From: Pelagicoccus sp.
GTDB lineage: Bacteria > Verrucomicrobiota > Verrucomicrobiia > Opitutales > Opitutaceae
Assembly (NCBI GenBank): GCA_028284635.1
Contig: JANQRJ010000001.1
Span: forward strand, 30,624-94,623
Length of the DNA stretch: 64,000 nt
Reading direction: 5' to 3'
Shown: positions 17,075 through 24,960 of the stretch, piece by piece
Position numbering within the stretch: position 1 is the first letter of the stretch
Layout of the letters: the number at the start of each line of letters is the position of its first letter
Translations under genes and position numbers: made by a program
Notes under the pieces: generated by a model
The model's database searches: none
Told to the model about the DNA's origin: nothing
The model's input: only the letters and a program-made list of their open reading frames with translations

Positions 17075-17908
17075 GCGGGGGATCTCGCTGGTTTTCAGGA
17101 CGAAAGCGAGATAAGCGGCTTTCGAATCGACGAGGCTCTTGTAGAGCGAGCTTTGCGTGGTGACGGCGAAGTCCTTCGCGTATGGCTGGAGCGGTTTCCA
17201 GATCGTCTGTTCGATATGGGCGATCCGATGATCGGAAGCGACCTCCAGAGCCGCGATGGTCTCGGCAGTGAGATCCGCGGTTTCGACGAGAAGGCTGTCG
17301 CTGGACGAGATGGCGCCCTCGCATCGCTCGATGTTGTGTCGCGAGGTTTGGCGTCGGTAGACGAAATCGGCCCAAATGAAGATCCCGCCGGGTCGCAGGA
17401 CGCGAAGGGCTTCGTCCAGGTAACGCTTCTTGTCGATTATACAGTGGGAGACCTCGATGCTGATCACGAGATCGAAGGAGGCGTCCTCGAATGGCAGCGC
17501 CAGGGCGTTCGCCTTTTCGAACCGAATGCCTGCTTTGCCGAATCGTCTCTTGCAGTTGCGGATGATTTGGCCGGCGAAGTCCACACCGACCGCCTTATCG
17601 AGGCGCTTCCATCGGTTTACGAAGTCGAGCCCTCCTCCCAGTCCGCAGCCGATCTCCAGGAGACGATCTCCGTCTTTCAGGTAAGGCTCGAGGAGTTTCC
17701 AATAGAGCTGGCAGCTCCACCTGTCATTCTCGTTGAGCAGCAGGTTTTCCGGAAAGCCGTTCAGGTCTTCGCCGACATACCCGCAATTGAGGGTGGATTT
17801 CAGCGTCTTCCGTTGGGCTATCGCCAAGGTCTCATAGAAGAGCCGCTTGACCCAAGGCCTTCTCCAAAGAAATCGCCATCGGAGTAAACTGGAAGAGGGT
17901 AAGGACAC
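17072..17908 (-). CDS. Class I SAM-dependent methyltransferase (lipid/fatty-acid O-methyltransferase-like)
   Basis: LLEIGCGLGGG, GVDF, ALALPFEDASFDLVISIEVSHC, LRPGG. Confidence 0.85.
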   Translation of the reverse strand: MSLPSSSLLRWRFLWRRPWVKRLFYETLAIAQRKTLKSTLNCGYVGEDLNGFPENLLLNENDRWSCQLYWKLLEPYLKDGDRLLEIGCGLGGGLDFVNRWKRLDKAVGVDFAGQIIRNCKRRFGKAGIRFEKANALALPFEDASFDLVISIEVSHCIIDKKRYLDEALRVLRPGGIFIWADFVYRRQTSRHNIERCEGAISSSDSLLVETADLTAETIAALEVASDHRIAHIEQTIWKPLQPYAKDFAVTTQSSLYKSLVDSKAAYLAFVLKTSEIPR

Positions 17909-17986
17909 GTACTTGTAAAGTCCTGTTTTGGACCGTCTGGCAATCTTGGATACGGGTCGGTGAAACCAGGAACTGATGGGGCGGGA

Positions 17987-19210
17987 TCAGCCTTGGACTG
18001 CTCTTGCCGTCAGTTTGCCGGAGCGCATTGCTCCCTGGATGGAGCTGGAGTGGCGGTGGTCGCCGCAGATCCAGAGGCCTTCGGGCGTGGCTTGGATGGA
18101 GGCTTCGAAGGGGCAGTCGCCGGGGCGCTGGCGTGGCAAGGACTGGGGGATATGGTAGGACTTGAGAAAGCGGAAGTCCTCGGGCGCGGCGTTGAACCAT
18201 GGGGCGAACTCCGCTCTCAGGTCGCGCTCTTCTATTTTCGTGTCAGAGTCTATGGATACGCAGAACAGATTCTGCCCTTCAGGGGCGTAGCTTGGGCTGG
18301 CGGCGCTGGGCGTGGCGATGTTGGTGATGGGGCCGTTTCCGCTGGCGTTGAGTAGGATGAACGCGTTGGTGGAGACCGAATTATCGGCTGCGAAGTAGTA
18401 GCAACGCGTCTGCTGCCAACCCTTGTCTTCCGTGCCTGCGGAGAGTTTTGCCGCTTCGCTCATCTCGGTCGCGATGAGGATGGTCTCGGCTCGTATCGTT
18501 TCTCCGCTTTCGAGGGTGACTTCGTTTCGATTTGCCGAAATGACTCGTGCGTCGAGCTTGATCGCCTCTGCGGGCAATGCTGCGACAAGCTGCTGGGGGA
18601 TTGCTGCCATGCCTTCGGCGGGCAGAGCTGCGTAGCCTTGTCCGAACATTTTGAATACGAAGTCGAACATGCGGCTGGTAGTGCTTAGCTCGTTTTCGAG
18701 GAAAATCCCTCGGAAGAAGGGTCGCAGGAAACCTTCGATCATGTAGGGCGAAAAGCCGAGTTCCTTGAGATGGTCGATCGTCTGGCGATCCGAAGATTCG
18801 TAGATTTCCGTATTCGAGCGTCGGCCGAGTCTCGTCTTGAGCGAACCGATGCGAAGCTTGTCGAGCAGTCCGCCGATAGGGCTGAGAGCGGTGCGGAAGG
18901 CGAGACGTGGCTGGCGCAGGGGATCGGCGATGCAGATTCGTTGGCTTCCTGTCCAGATCTCGGCTCCCGGATTGAAGTGGCCGAGGCGAAGGGCGTCATA
19001 GTCGAGCTCTTCCTGGCATTCCGGGTAGGCGGTGAGCAAAACCTGGAAACCGTGGTCGAGCAGGAAGCCGTCGTGCCGGTCCGTGCGCAGCCGCCCTCCG
19101 ATGCGATCGCTTGCTTCGAGAACGAGGGGCTTGCGACCCAGCCGTTGCAGTTCGCGGGCGCAGCTCAACCCGGCGAGACCGGCTCCGATGATGATGGCGT
19201 CGGGCGTCAT
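17987..19210 (-). CDS. FAD-dependent oxidoreductase (amine oxidase/protoporphyrinogen oxidase family)
   Basis: IIGAGLAGL, LEASDRIGGR, DHGFQVL, CGDHRHSSSIQGAMRSG. Confidence 0.88.
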   Translation of the reverse strand: MTPDAIIIGAGLAGLSCARELQRLGRKPLVLEASDRIGGRLRTDRHDGFLLDHGFQVLLTAYPECQEELDYDALRLGHFNPGAEIWTGSQRICIADPLRQPRLAFRTALSPIGGLLDKLRIGSLKTRLGRRSNTEIYESSDRQTIDHLKELGFSPYMIEGFLRPFFRGIFLENELSTTSRMFDFVFKMFGQGYAALPAEGMAAIPQQLVAALPAEAIKLDARVISANRNEVTLESGETIRAETILIATEMSEAAKLSAGTEDKGWQQTRCYYFAADNSVSTNAFILLNASGNGPITNIATPSAASPSYAPEGQNLFCVSIDSDTKIEERDLRAEFAPWFNAAPEDFRFLKSYHIPQSLPRQRPGDCPFEASIQATPEGLWICGDHRHSSSIQGAMRSGKLTARAVQG

Positions 19211-19362
19211 AGAGCGGACGCCGGAGTGGAGACGGCGAAAATGGAGGGATAGAGGGCAGGATTCGGCATGGCAGGTGTGGCGTGTTGGATATGAAAGCAG
19301 CGCGATCTTTCAGACCGCGCCGTTTCCTTCCAAGACTTACTGGATGCCGAGGAGGTTGCAAT

Positions 19363-21189
19363 TCATATGGCCGATAGGCCGAAGGCGTGGCTGAACGCAG
19401 CGGGATCGTAGTACTCTCTGAACAGGGCGATCTTTCCCTTTTCCACGTGAAAGAGTCCGCCGTAGGTCTGCAGATACTTCCTCCCGGTGGGAATCACCTC
19501 GACGTCGCCGCGCCACTCGGCGAAGACGAGCTGGGGGTCTTGCGTGGGGTAGATTACGAGGTGGGATGTGAAGTCTGCCCTGCCGCTGATTTCTGGCCAG
19601 TTAGCGTAGTGCCGTACTAGGTTTTCCCTCCCGCTGACTCGCTTGGGAAATCCTTCTGGAGAGTAGGGCATGTCTTGCACGGCGTCCTCTGCCCACAGGT
19701 TCTCGAAACGTTCCATGTCCTTGGCTTCGAGCGATTCGAGAAAGCTTCGTACGGCAGCGACGCTTTTCTGGCGTTCGATATAGGGAGCGGGATTCCGTTT
19801 CGCGTTAGCGGTCGCGGGGCCGAAGACGTCCCGCGTCCCTTGTTCCGCCTCGACAACGAATTGATGGTATGCGATGCGCCAGCTATCGTCGTTTTCCAAG
19901 CGGTAGTGGTAGCGTCCGCTTACCTGCCAATGAAGATCCTCCACCCAGTGATCGGCGACGATTTGGGCGCTGGCTTCGGCGCTTCGCCCGGATAGAGAGA
20001 CCTCTATATCCAAAATTTGGTGACGGGTGCGGTCGAAGCCAGGCAGGACGTTGGCCCACTCGGTCATGAGCTTGGAGGCGCTTTTCAGTTCGGGTTGGCC
20101 GCCCACGAGGGAAGTGTAGTCTACGAGGACTTCATCGGCGTAGAGCGTTTGCAGCGCGGTGAAGTTTCCCAGGTCCGCTAGAGTAGCGACCGCCTCGATC
20201 AGGGTGCGAATGGCTGCGGAGTCCTGGGTCTCGATGGATTCGAGGGAATCGAGGAACTTCGCGACCTCCGCTGTGGCCCTCTTGATAGTCGCTTCGTCGT
20301 CGTAGAATTCGAACTGCGTGGCGTTATCGAGCCACACCATCTTGCCGTTCGATCCCATTCGCTCGGAGAACTTGCGGGCCCCTTGCGGGATTGCGGCGGC
20401 TTGCGAGTGAACGAGTATGAGGGGCTTTTTGATGAGGCCTGCGGTTCGTATCGCATCGTAGGTCAGCCAAGGCTCCCAGGTTGCGATGTTGAACTGGTTG
20501 TCGTATTCTGGAATCAGTCCGCGGTTCGGATCCGTATAGTATGGAGCCTGTTGCATGATGGCGGAGGAGCCTTCGTCTCCAGCAGCGGGAACGGTGGTGA
20601 GTTCGCCTGTCTTTTCGAATCTATCGAGGGCCTCGCGGCTGGCCTGAACCAGTTGATCGATGGACTCTTGGCCTCCATATATCTCGTCCACGATTTCGGA
20701 ATCGTGTAACCAGGGAGCAACTACGGCTACCGCAGCGATATGCTGGCTTTCAACCGCAGCATCGATCGCGTACCCGGCGCTGGCGCAGATGCCGAGAGCG
20801 GAGACGCGAGTCGGATCCGCTTCGGCTCGATCGGCTAGGAAGGCTGCCGCCGCGATGATGTCCTTGGTTTTAGCGACGGGATCCTCGACGTAGCGGAAGT
20901 CGCCGCCCGATTCGCCCCAGCCTCGGAAGTCGAAGGTGAGGGCGATGTAGCCTTTGGCGGCCAGCGCCTTGGCGTAGTTGGCTGGCATTTGCTCCTTTAC
21001 GGAGGTCCAGGATCCAGTGACGACAACGGCTGGCCTAGCGGCGCCTTGGGCATTGCCTTCCGGCAGGTAGAGCTGTCCGACGATTTCCGTTCCTTCGCTT
21101 TGGAAGGCGACGCGCTCGACATGCGCGGCATTTATTTTCGCGCTGCCTAGAACGGCGGCGCCGAGAGCGATTCTTGTAAGCGTGTTCAT
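19363..21189 (-). CDS. Secreted alpha/beta hydrolase fused to two SnoaL/NTF2-like domains
   Basis: Signal peptide; SVKEQM, FDFRGWGESGG, GICASAG elbow; SnoaL-like domain about aa 320-455; PhzA/B-like domain about aa 470-605 (FREYYDP). Confidence 0.8.
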   Translation of the reverse strand: MNTLTRIALGAAVLGSAKINAAHVERVAFQSEGTEIVGQLYLPEGNAQGAARPAVVVTGSWTSVKEQMPANYAKALAAKGYIALTFDFRGWGESGGDFRYVEDPVAKTKDIIAAAAFLADRAEADPTRVSALGICASAGYAIDAAVESQHIAAVAVVAPWLHDSEIVDEIYGGQESIDQLVQASREALDRFEKTGELTTVPAAGDEGSSAIMQQAPYYTDPNRGLIPEYDNQFNIATWEPWLTYDAIRTAGLIKKPLILVHSQAAAIPQGARKFSERMGSNGKMVWLDNATQFEFYDDEATIKRATAEVAKFLDSLESIETQDSAAIRTLIEAVATLADLGNFTALQTLYADEVLVDYTSLVGGQPELKSASKLMTEWANVLPGFDRTRHQILDIEVSLSGRSAEASAQIVADHWVEDLHWQVSGRYHYRLENDDSWRIAYHQFVVEAEQGTRDVFGPATANAKRNPAPYIERQKSVAAVRSFLESLEAKDMERFENLWAEDAVQDMPYSPEGFPKRVSGRENLVRHYANWPEISGRADFTSHLVIYPTQDPQLVFAEWRGDVEVIPTGRKYLQTYGGLFHVEKGKIALFREYYDPAAFSHAFGLSAI

Positions 21190-21262
21190 TTCGGTAATCC
21201 TTTTCTTTTTCGGTTTTGAGTGATGTGGAACGCTGGCACTCTAGCCGAAATGCGTCGGCTTT

Positions 21263-21299
21263 TCTTGCAGCTGACTGCTTAGTTTTTGAAGAATCTTGC
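21263..21299 (-). promoter_or_regulatory. Candidate AraC-type direct repeats GCAAGA spaced 31 bp
   Basis: tcttgc at 21263-21268 and 21294-21299, upstream of the hydrolase, with a TAGAGT -10-like box downstream. Confidence 0.3.
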
Positions 21300-21478
21300 T
21301 CTGGCTCTGAAGCGCCGAGATTTTGCGGACGTCGGCTAGAGCATTTTTCAGATGGTTAGTCGCAAATCCCATTTGGAAAGCAGCTACTTCTAGGTGGAGC
21401 GGCTTCTCCGAAGACGCTTATGGCGTTGGCCTTGCAGAGAGTCGTCTTCGGAGAAGCCGACCCACCTTTTGCGACCTG

Positions 21479-22411
21479 TTAAAAGAAAAATGCTCTAGCG
21501 AGGCCGGGACCGCTTCCCTGGCTGCTTTTTCTCCAGGCTTTTGGCGTCTTTTCCGTCAGCTGCTTGAAGGTACGGGAAAAGTGGGCCTGGTCGGAAAATC
21601 CGCAGGAGAGCGCTATATCGATTAGAGTCTGCTCTGGATCGGCCAAGCGTTTCTTGGCTTGCTCGATACGGTAGCTGGTAACGAATTGGTGTGGCGTTTG
21701 GCCAATGGTCTTCTTGAACACGCGGGCGAAGTGAAAGGGGCTCAGTCCCGCTTGCTCCGCCAGGTTTTCGAGAGCAATTGTCTGTCCATAATTTTTGGAT
21801 ACGAACTCCAGAACTTTCTGATAGTGGGCGGCGGTGAAGCTCTGCGAAAACGCGAAATCGTCATCCGGCTCCACTCCGTAGCGTTGGATGAGCTTTACGA
21901 GGAACACTCGGGCAAGGGACTCGAATATCACTGCCGAACCGGCGCCTCCTGCGCGCAAGGCGTTGAGCAGCAGGACGCCGGCCTGGGTCAGATCGGGATC
22001 GACGAATTGGGGCACGTCCTGGAGCTGTGCGGCGGTCAACAGGATACCGGCTTCGCTCTGGGCGAATCGTTGCAGCTTTCCCGGTTCGAGCGTTACGACG
22101 ATGACCTTCGACGTAGCGTGCCAGCGCCAGCCCGACTCGATGCCCGCTGGCGTGACGATCACTTCGTTTTCCTGATATATGAAGTCGCGATGCTCGCCTG
22201 CCCGCCAGTTTTCCACGCGGTGCGGGTTCGGATTCAAGTTCAGCAGGATATGATGCTGTTCGAACGCTTGCGTGGGCATGCTATCCGGCTCCGCTTCGAA
22301 ATACTCGAGCGTCAGCAGCTCCGCCCCCAAGGCCCGGGCGACGTCAGAGCTGCGCAGCAGGGCATCGGAGGGATAGATGTCTTGGTAGCGTTTGCCTTTG
22401 TTTTCGGTCAT
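21479..22411 (-). CDS. AraC family transcriptional regulator
   Basis: C-terminal double HTH (LENLAEQAGLSPFHFARVFK; IALSCGFSDQAHFSRTFK). Confidence 0.93.
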   Translation of the reverse strand: MTENKGKRYQDIYPSDALLRSSDVARALGAELLTLEYFEAEPDSMPTQAFEQHHILLNLNPNPHRVENWRAGEHRDFIYQENEVIVTPAGIESGWRWHATSKVIVVTLEPGKLQRFAQSEAGILLTAAQLQDVPQFVDPDLTQAGVLLLNALRAGGAGSAVIFESLARVFLVKLIQRYGVEPDDDFAFSQSFTAAHYQKVLEFVSKNYGQTIALENLAEQAGLSPFHFARVFKKTIGQTPHQFVTSYRIEQAKKRLADPEQTLIDIALSCGFSDQAHFSRTFKQLTEKTPKAWRKSSQGSGPGLARAFFF

Positions 22412-22469
22412 CGCGTCGAAGGCAGGGAGAGCGCAAAGCGGATCTTGCTCCTGCCATCTCCGTATCGGC

Positions 22470-23405
22470 CTAGCAATCCTTCTTCGACCGGAATCGCCAG
22501 ATGGCGGCCAGGGCGCTGCCGATGACCGAGTGCATGACGGCCGAGATGGCGCAGGGGATTGCGGTGAGCGGATTGGCGGCGAAGTGCTTGGTGGCCAGAG
22601 CGGTGGCGAGGCCGGAGTTCTGCATGCCGACTTCGATGGAGATGGTGCGGCGGATATCCTTGTCGTATCCGAAGAGCCGGGCGAAGACGTAGCCGGAGCC
22701 GAAGGCGGCGAGGTGCAGCAGGATGACGGCTCCTAGCAACTGAGGTCCGGACTCGAGAACGGCCTGCTGGCGAGCGCCGAGAATCGAGGCGCAGATCAGG
22801 GCGATTACGATCACGGATACGAGCGGCCCGACGGGCGTGACGGCTTTCACCAGCTTGGGAAAGATGTGGTGCAGGGCGACTCCCAGGGCCACGGGCGCGA
22901 GCACGATCTGCAGCATGGTCTGGAAGAGACCGGTGGCGTCCACCGGCACATACTGGCCTGCCAGCCAGGACGTCATCAATGGGGTGAGGGCGATGGCTGC
23001 AGTGGTGGAGCATAGGGTCATCAGCACGGAGAGGGCGACGTTGGCTCGGGCAATGTAGGCGACGACGTTGGATGCGGTTCCGCCGGGACAGCATGCCACG
23101 AGAATGAGACCTACCGCGAAGTCGGTAGGCAGGTGGAGAAGCTTGCCCAGGGTCCAGCCCCAGAAGGGCATGAGAAGGAACTGGGCTCCCACGCCAGCCA
23201 TGACCGCCTTGGGCATCTTGGCGACTCGCCTGAAGTCCTCCAGGCTCAAGGTGATGCCCATGCCGAGCATGATGATAGACAGACCCCAAATGATTTTCGG
23301 TCGATCGTACCAGGCGATCCATTGCGGATCGATGAGAGCGTAGATGCAGGCGAGACCAACCCAAAGAGGGAAGAGGTTGGCGAGGAGATTGAGAAAACGT
23401 GGCAT
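22470..23405 (-). CDS. Bile acid:sodium symporter (BASS) family protein
   Basis: MLGMGITL, QFLLMP, CCPGGTASNV, EVGMQNSGLA. Confidence 0.93.
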   Translation of the reverse strand: MPRFLNLLANLFPLWVGLACIYALIDPQWIAWYDRPKIIWGLSIIMLGMGITLSLEDFRRVAKMPKAVMAGVGAQFLLMPFWGWTLGKLLHLPTDFAVGLILVACCPGGTASNVVAYIARANVALSVLMTLCSTTAAIALTPLMTSWLAGQYVPVDATGLFQTMLQIVLAPVALGVALHHIFPKLVKAVTPVGPLVSVIVIALICASILGARQQAVLESGPQLLGAVILLHLAAFGSGYVFARLFGYDKDIRRTISIEVGMQNSGLATALATKHFAANPLTAIPCAISAVMHSVIGSALAAIWRFRSKKDC

Positions 23406-23632
23406 GAGTTCGCATATGGAGATCGGCGAGCCGCGTCACGCAAGCGCATATTGAGGGGGGATCGAGGTGGGAGCGTGCTCGTCACGCGAATGCAACCCGA
23501 GTTTTCTGCTCTTTTTTGAAGGCATTAGGGTAGCCTTTCACAAGAGTGACGAATCCTGCCCTGGTCACCAAAGGTCGCTCTCCCTTTCCTTGGGAACGCT
23601 GCAGAGAGAACCAGCGAAACCAGTCCTCCTCG

Positions 23633-23724
23633 ATAATGATTTTGCCGTCCAATGATTTTGCAAAGCTACCGCAAAGGTCCGGCCAGAGTAGAGGAGCAAA
23701 ATCATTGGACGGCAAAATCATTAT
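23633..23724. repeat. Perfect 29-bp inverted repeat with internal AATGATTTTGC duplication
   Basis: ataatgattttgccgtccaatgattttgc / gcaaaatcattggacggcaaaatcattat. Confidence 0.9.
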
Positions 23725-23779
23725 TTCAAGAAAGACTGAAAATTTAGCCCATCAGTTTCATAAGTCGCAGAGGCTTTTG

Positions 23780-23869
23780 AACCACCGATTGCGCCGATGA
23801 ACACCGATATTCTTGAAGTCGGGGCGCGGTCATAAAATGCATTGGCGTAAATCGGTGATATCGGTGGTT
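23780..23869. repeat. 9-10-bp periodic-arm palindrome (CACCGAT variant)
   Basis: aaccaccgat-tgcgccgat-gaacaccgat ... attggcgtaa-atcggtgat-atcggtggtt. Confidence 0.8.
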
Positions 23870-24083
23870 TGATTCTCTCTCATATAGATTGGAGCTTTAT
23901 ATCAATCGAAACCGTTGGACGGTTTTCTGCGATCTCCGCGTGCTCTGCGGTTTATGAAACGTTTGGGTAAGATCAGTTTTTGAAAGTAGGACTAGGGGTG
24001 ATGTGGATCTCCTGCATCTTCGCGTGCGACAGTCTTCGCTCTTCGAGCTGCGCCCGTCAGGAGCACGCTCCCGCCTCGGTGCG

Positions 24084-24587
24084 CTATACGCTTTTCGCCA
24101 TATAGTATTCGGAGTAGAACGCTCCATCGATGTAGAGGGCCTCGTTTTCTTCGCCGTATGTCGAAAAGCCCAAGCTTTTGTAGAATTCGAGGGCGGGTGT
24201 GTTGGAGGTTGTAACGGAGAGTCGGATACGCCGAAGGCCGGAAATTCTTTCGATATGCGATAGGGTATCTTTGAATATCGCTTTTCCGATCCCTGATCCG
24301 CGGTGTTCCGGCATCACGTACATGCCCCAGATGAAGCCTTTGTGTCGCGACTTTAGACCTAAGTCTCTGACGAATCCCACTGTGCCCACAAGCTCGTTGT
24401 TCTGGAATGCTCCGGTAACCCAGCGGTCCGGAGAGCGTTCGATCCTCTGCTCGAAGGATTCGATTGGCTTGTCTTTTTCCTGGGCATGAGAGGATCCAAA
24501 CGCGGTCGGGCTTTCGAGCAATGCGAACAGGCGTATGCGTTTGAAGGCACTGGCGTCTGATTTTTCCAGTTGTCGTATGGTTAGCAT
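24084..24587 (-). CDS. GNAT family N-acetyltransferase
   Basis: Start reassigned to MLTIRQL; WGMYVMPEHRGSGIG and NTPALEFYKSLGF motifs; visibly lower GC than flanks. Confidence 0.9.
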   Translation of the reverse strand: MLTIRQLEKSDASAFKRIRLFALLESPTAFGSSHAQEKDKPIESFEQRIERSPDRWVTGAFQNNELVGTVGFVRDLGLKSRHKGFIWGMYVMPEHRGSGIGKAIFKDTLSHIERISGLRRIRLSVTTSNTPALEFYKSLGFSTYGEENEALYIDGAFYSEYYMAKSV

Positions 24588-24617
24588 CTTGTCGGGTTTG
24601 ATTCGCTTTGGATTGAG

Positions 24618-24936
24618 AACCACTGATGACATTGATTCGCACTGATATGTTGAAATGGTTGGTAGGTTGGATGCTGTTGACTCGATCCTGCAGGAGTATA
24701 GTGGTGTAGGGCCTTCCCTTGCGAAGCGCTGTGGCAAGTAAGGTTCTATATCTGTTTGATTGAGAACCCATATGAATAATTTGAAACCGCGAATGAACAC
24801 GAATAGACGCGAATTTTACTACAACTTGAAAACCATTCGCGTGAATTCGTGTCCATTCGCGGTTCCTAAAAACTCATTTTAAAACGTTTGGGTTTAGGCT
24901 CTAGACCATCAGTGAGGATCGGTGCTATCAGTGGTT
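24618..24936. repeat. CACTGAT periodic-arm pair (24618-24646 / 24908-24936) enclosing a nested GCGAAT periodic hairpin (24785-24864)
   Basis: aaccactgat-gacattgat-tcgcactgat pairs with atcagtgagg-atcggtgct-atcagtggtt; inner aaccgcgaat x3 / attcgcggtt x3. Confidence 0.75.
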
Positions 24937-24960
24937 AAAACAGCTCCGCGTACGGTGGTT

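Noticed and set aside
17003-24000. Prophage or integrative element at tRNA-Arg
   Set aside because: No integrase, phage genes or duplicated tRNA 3' end was found in the window
23957-24893. Integron cassette interpretation of the GNAT region
   Set aside because: No intI gene, and the flanks do not fit RYYYAAC...GTTRRRY attC structure; kept only as a non-integron cassette-like finding
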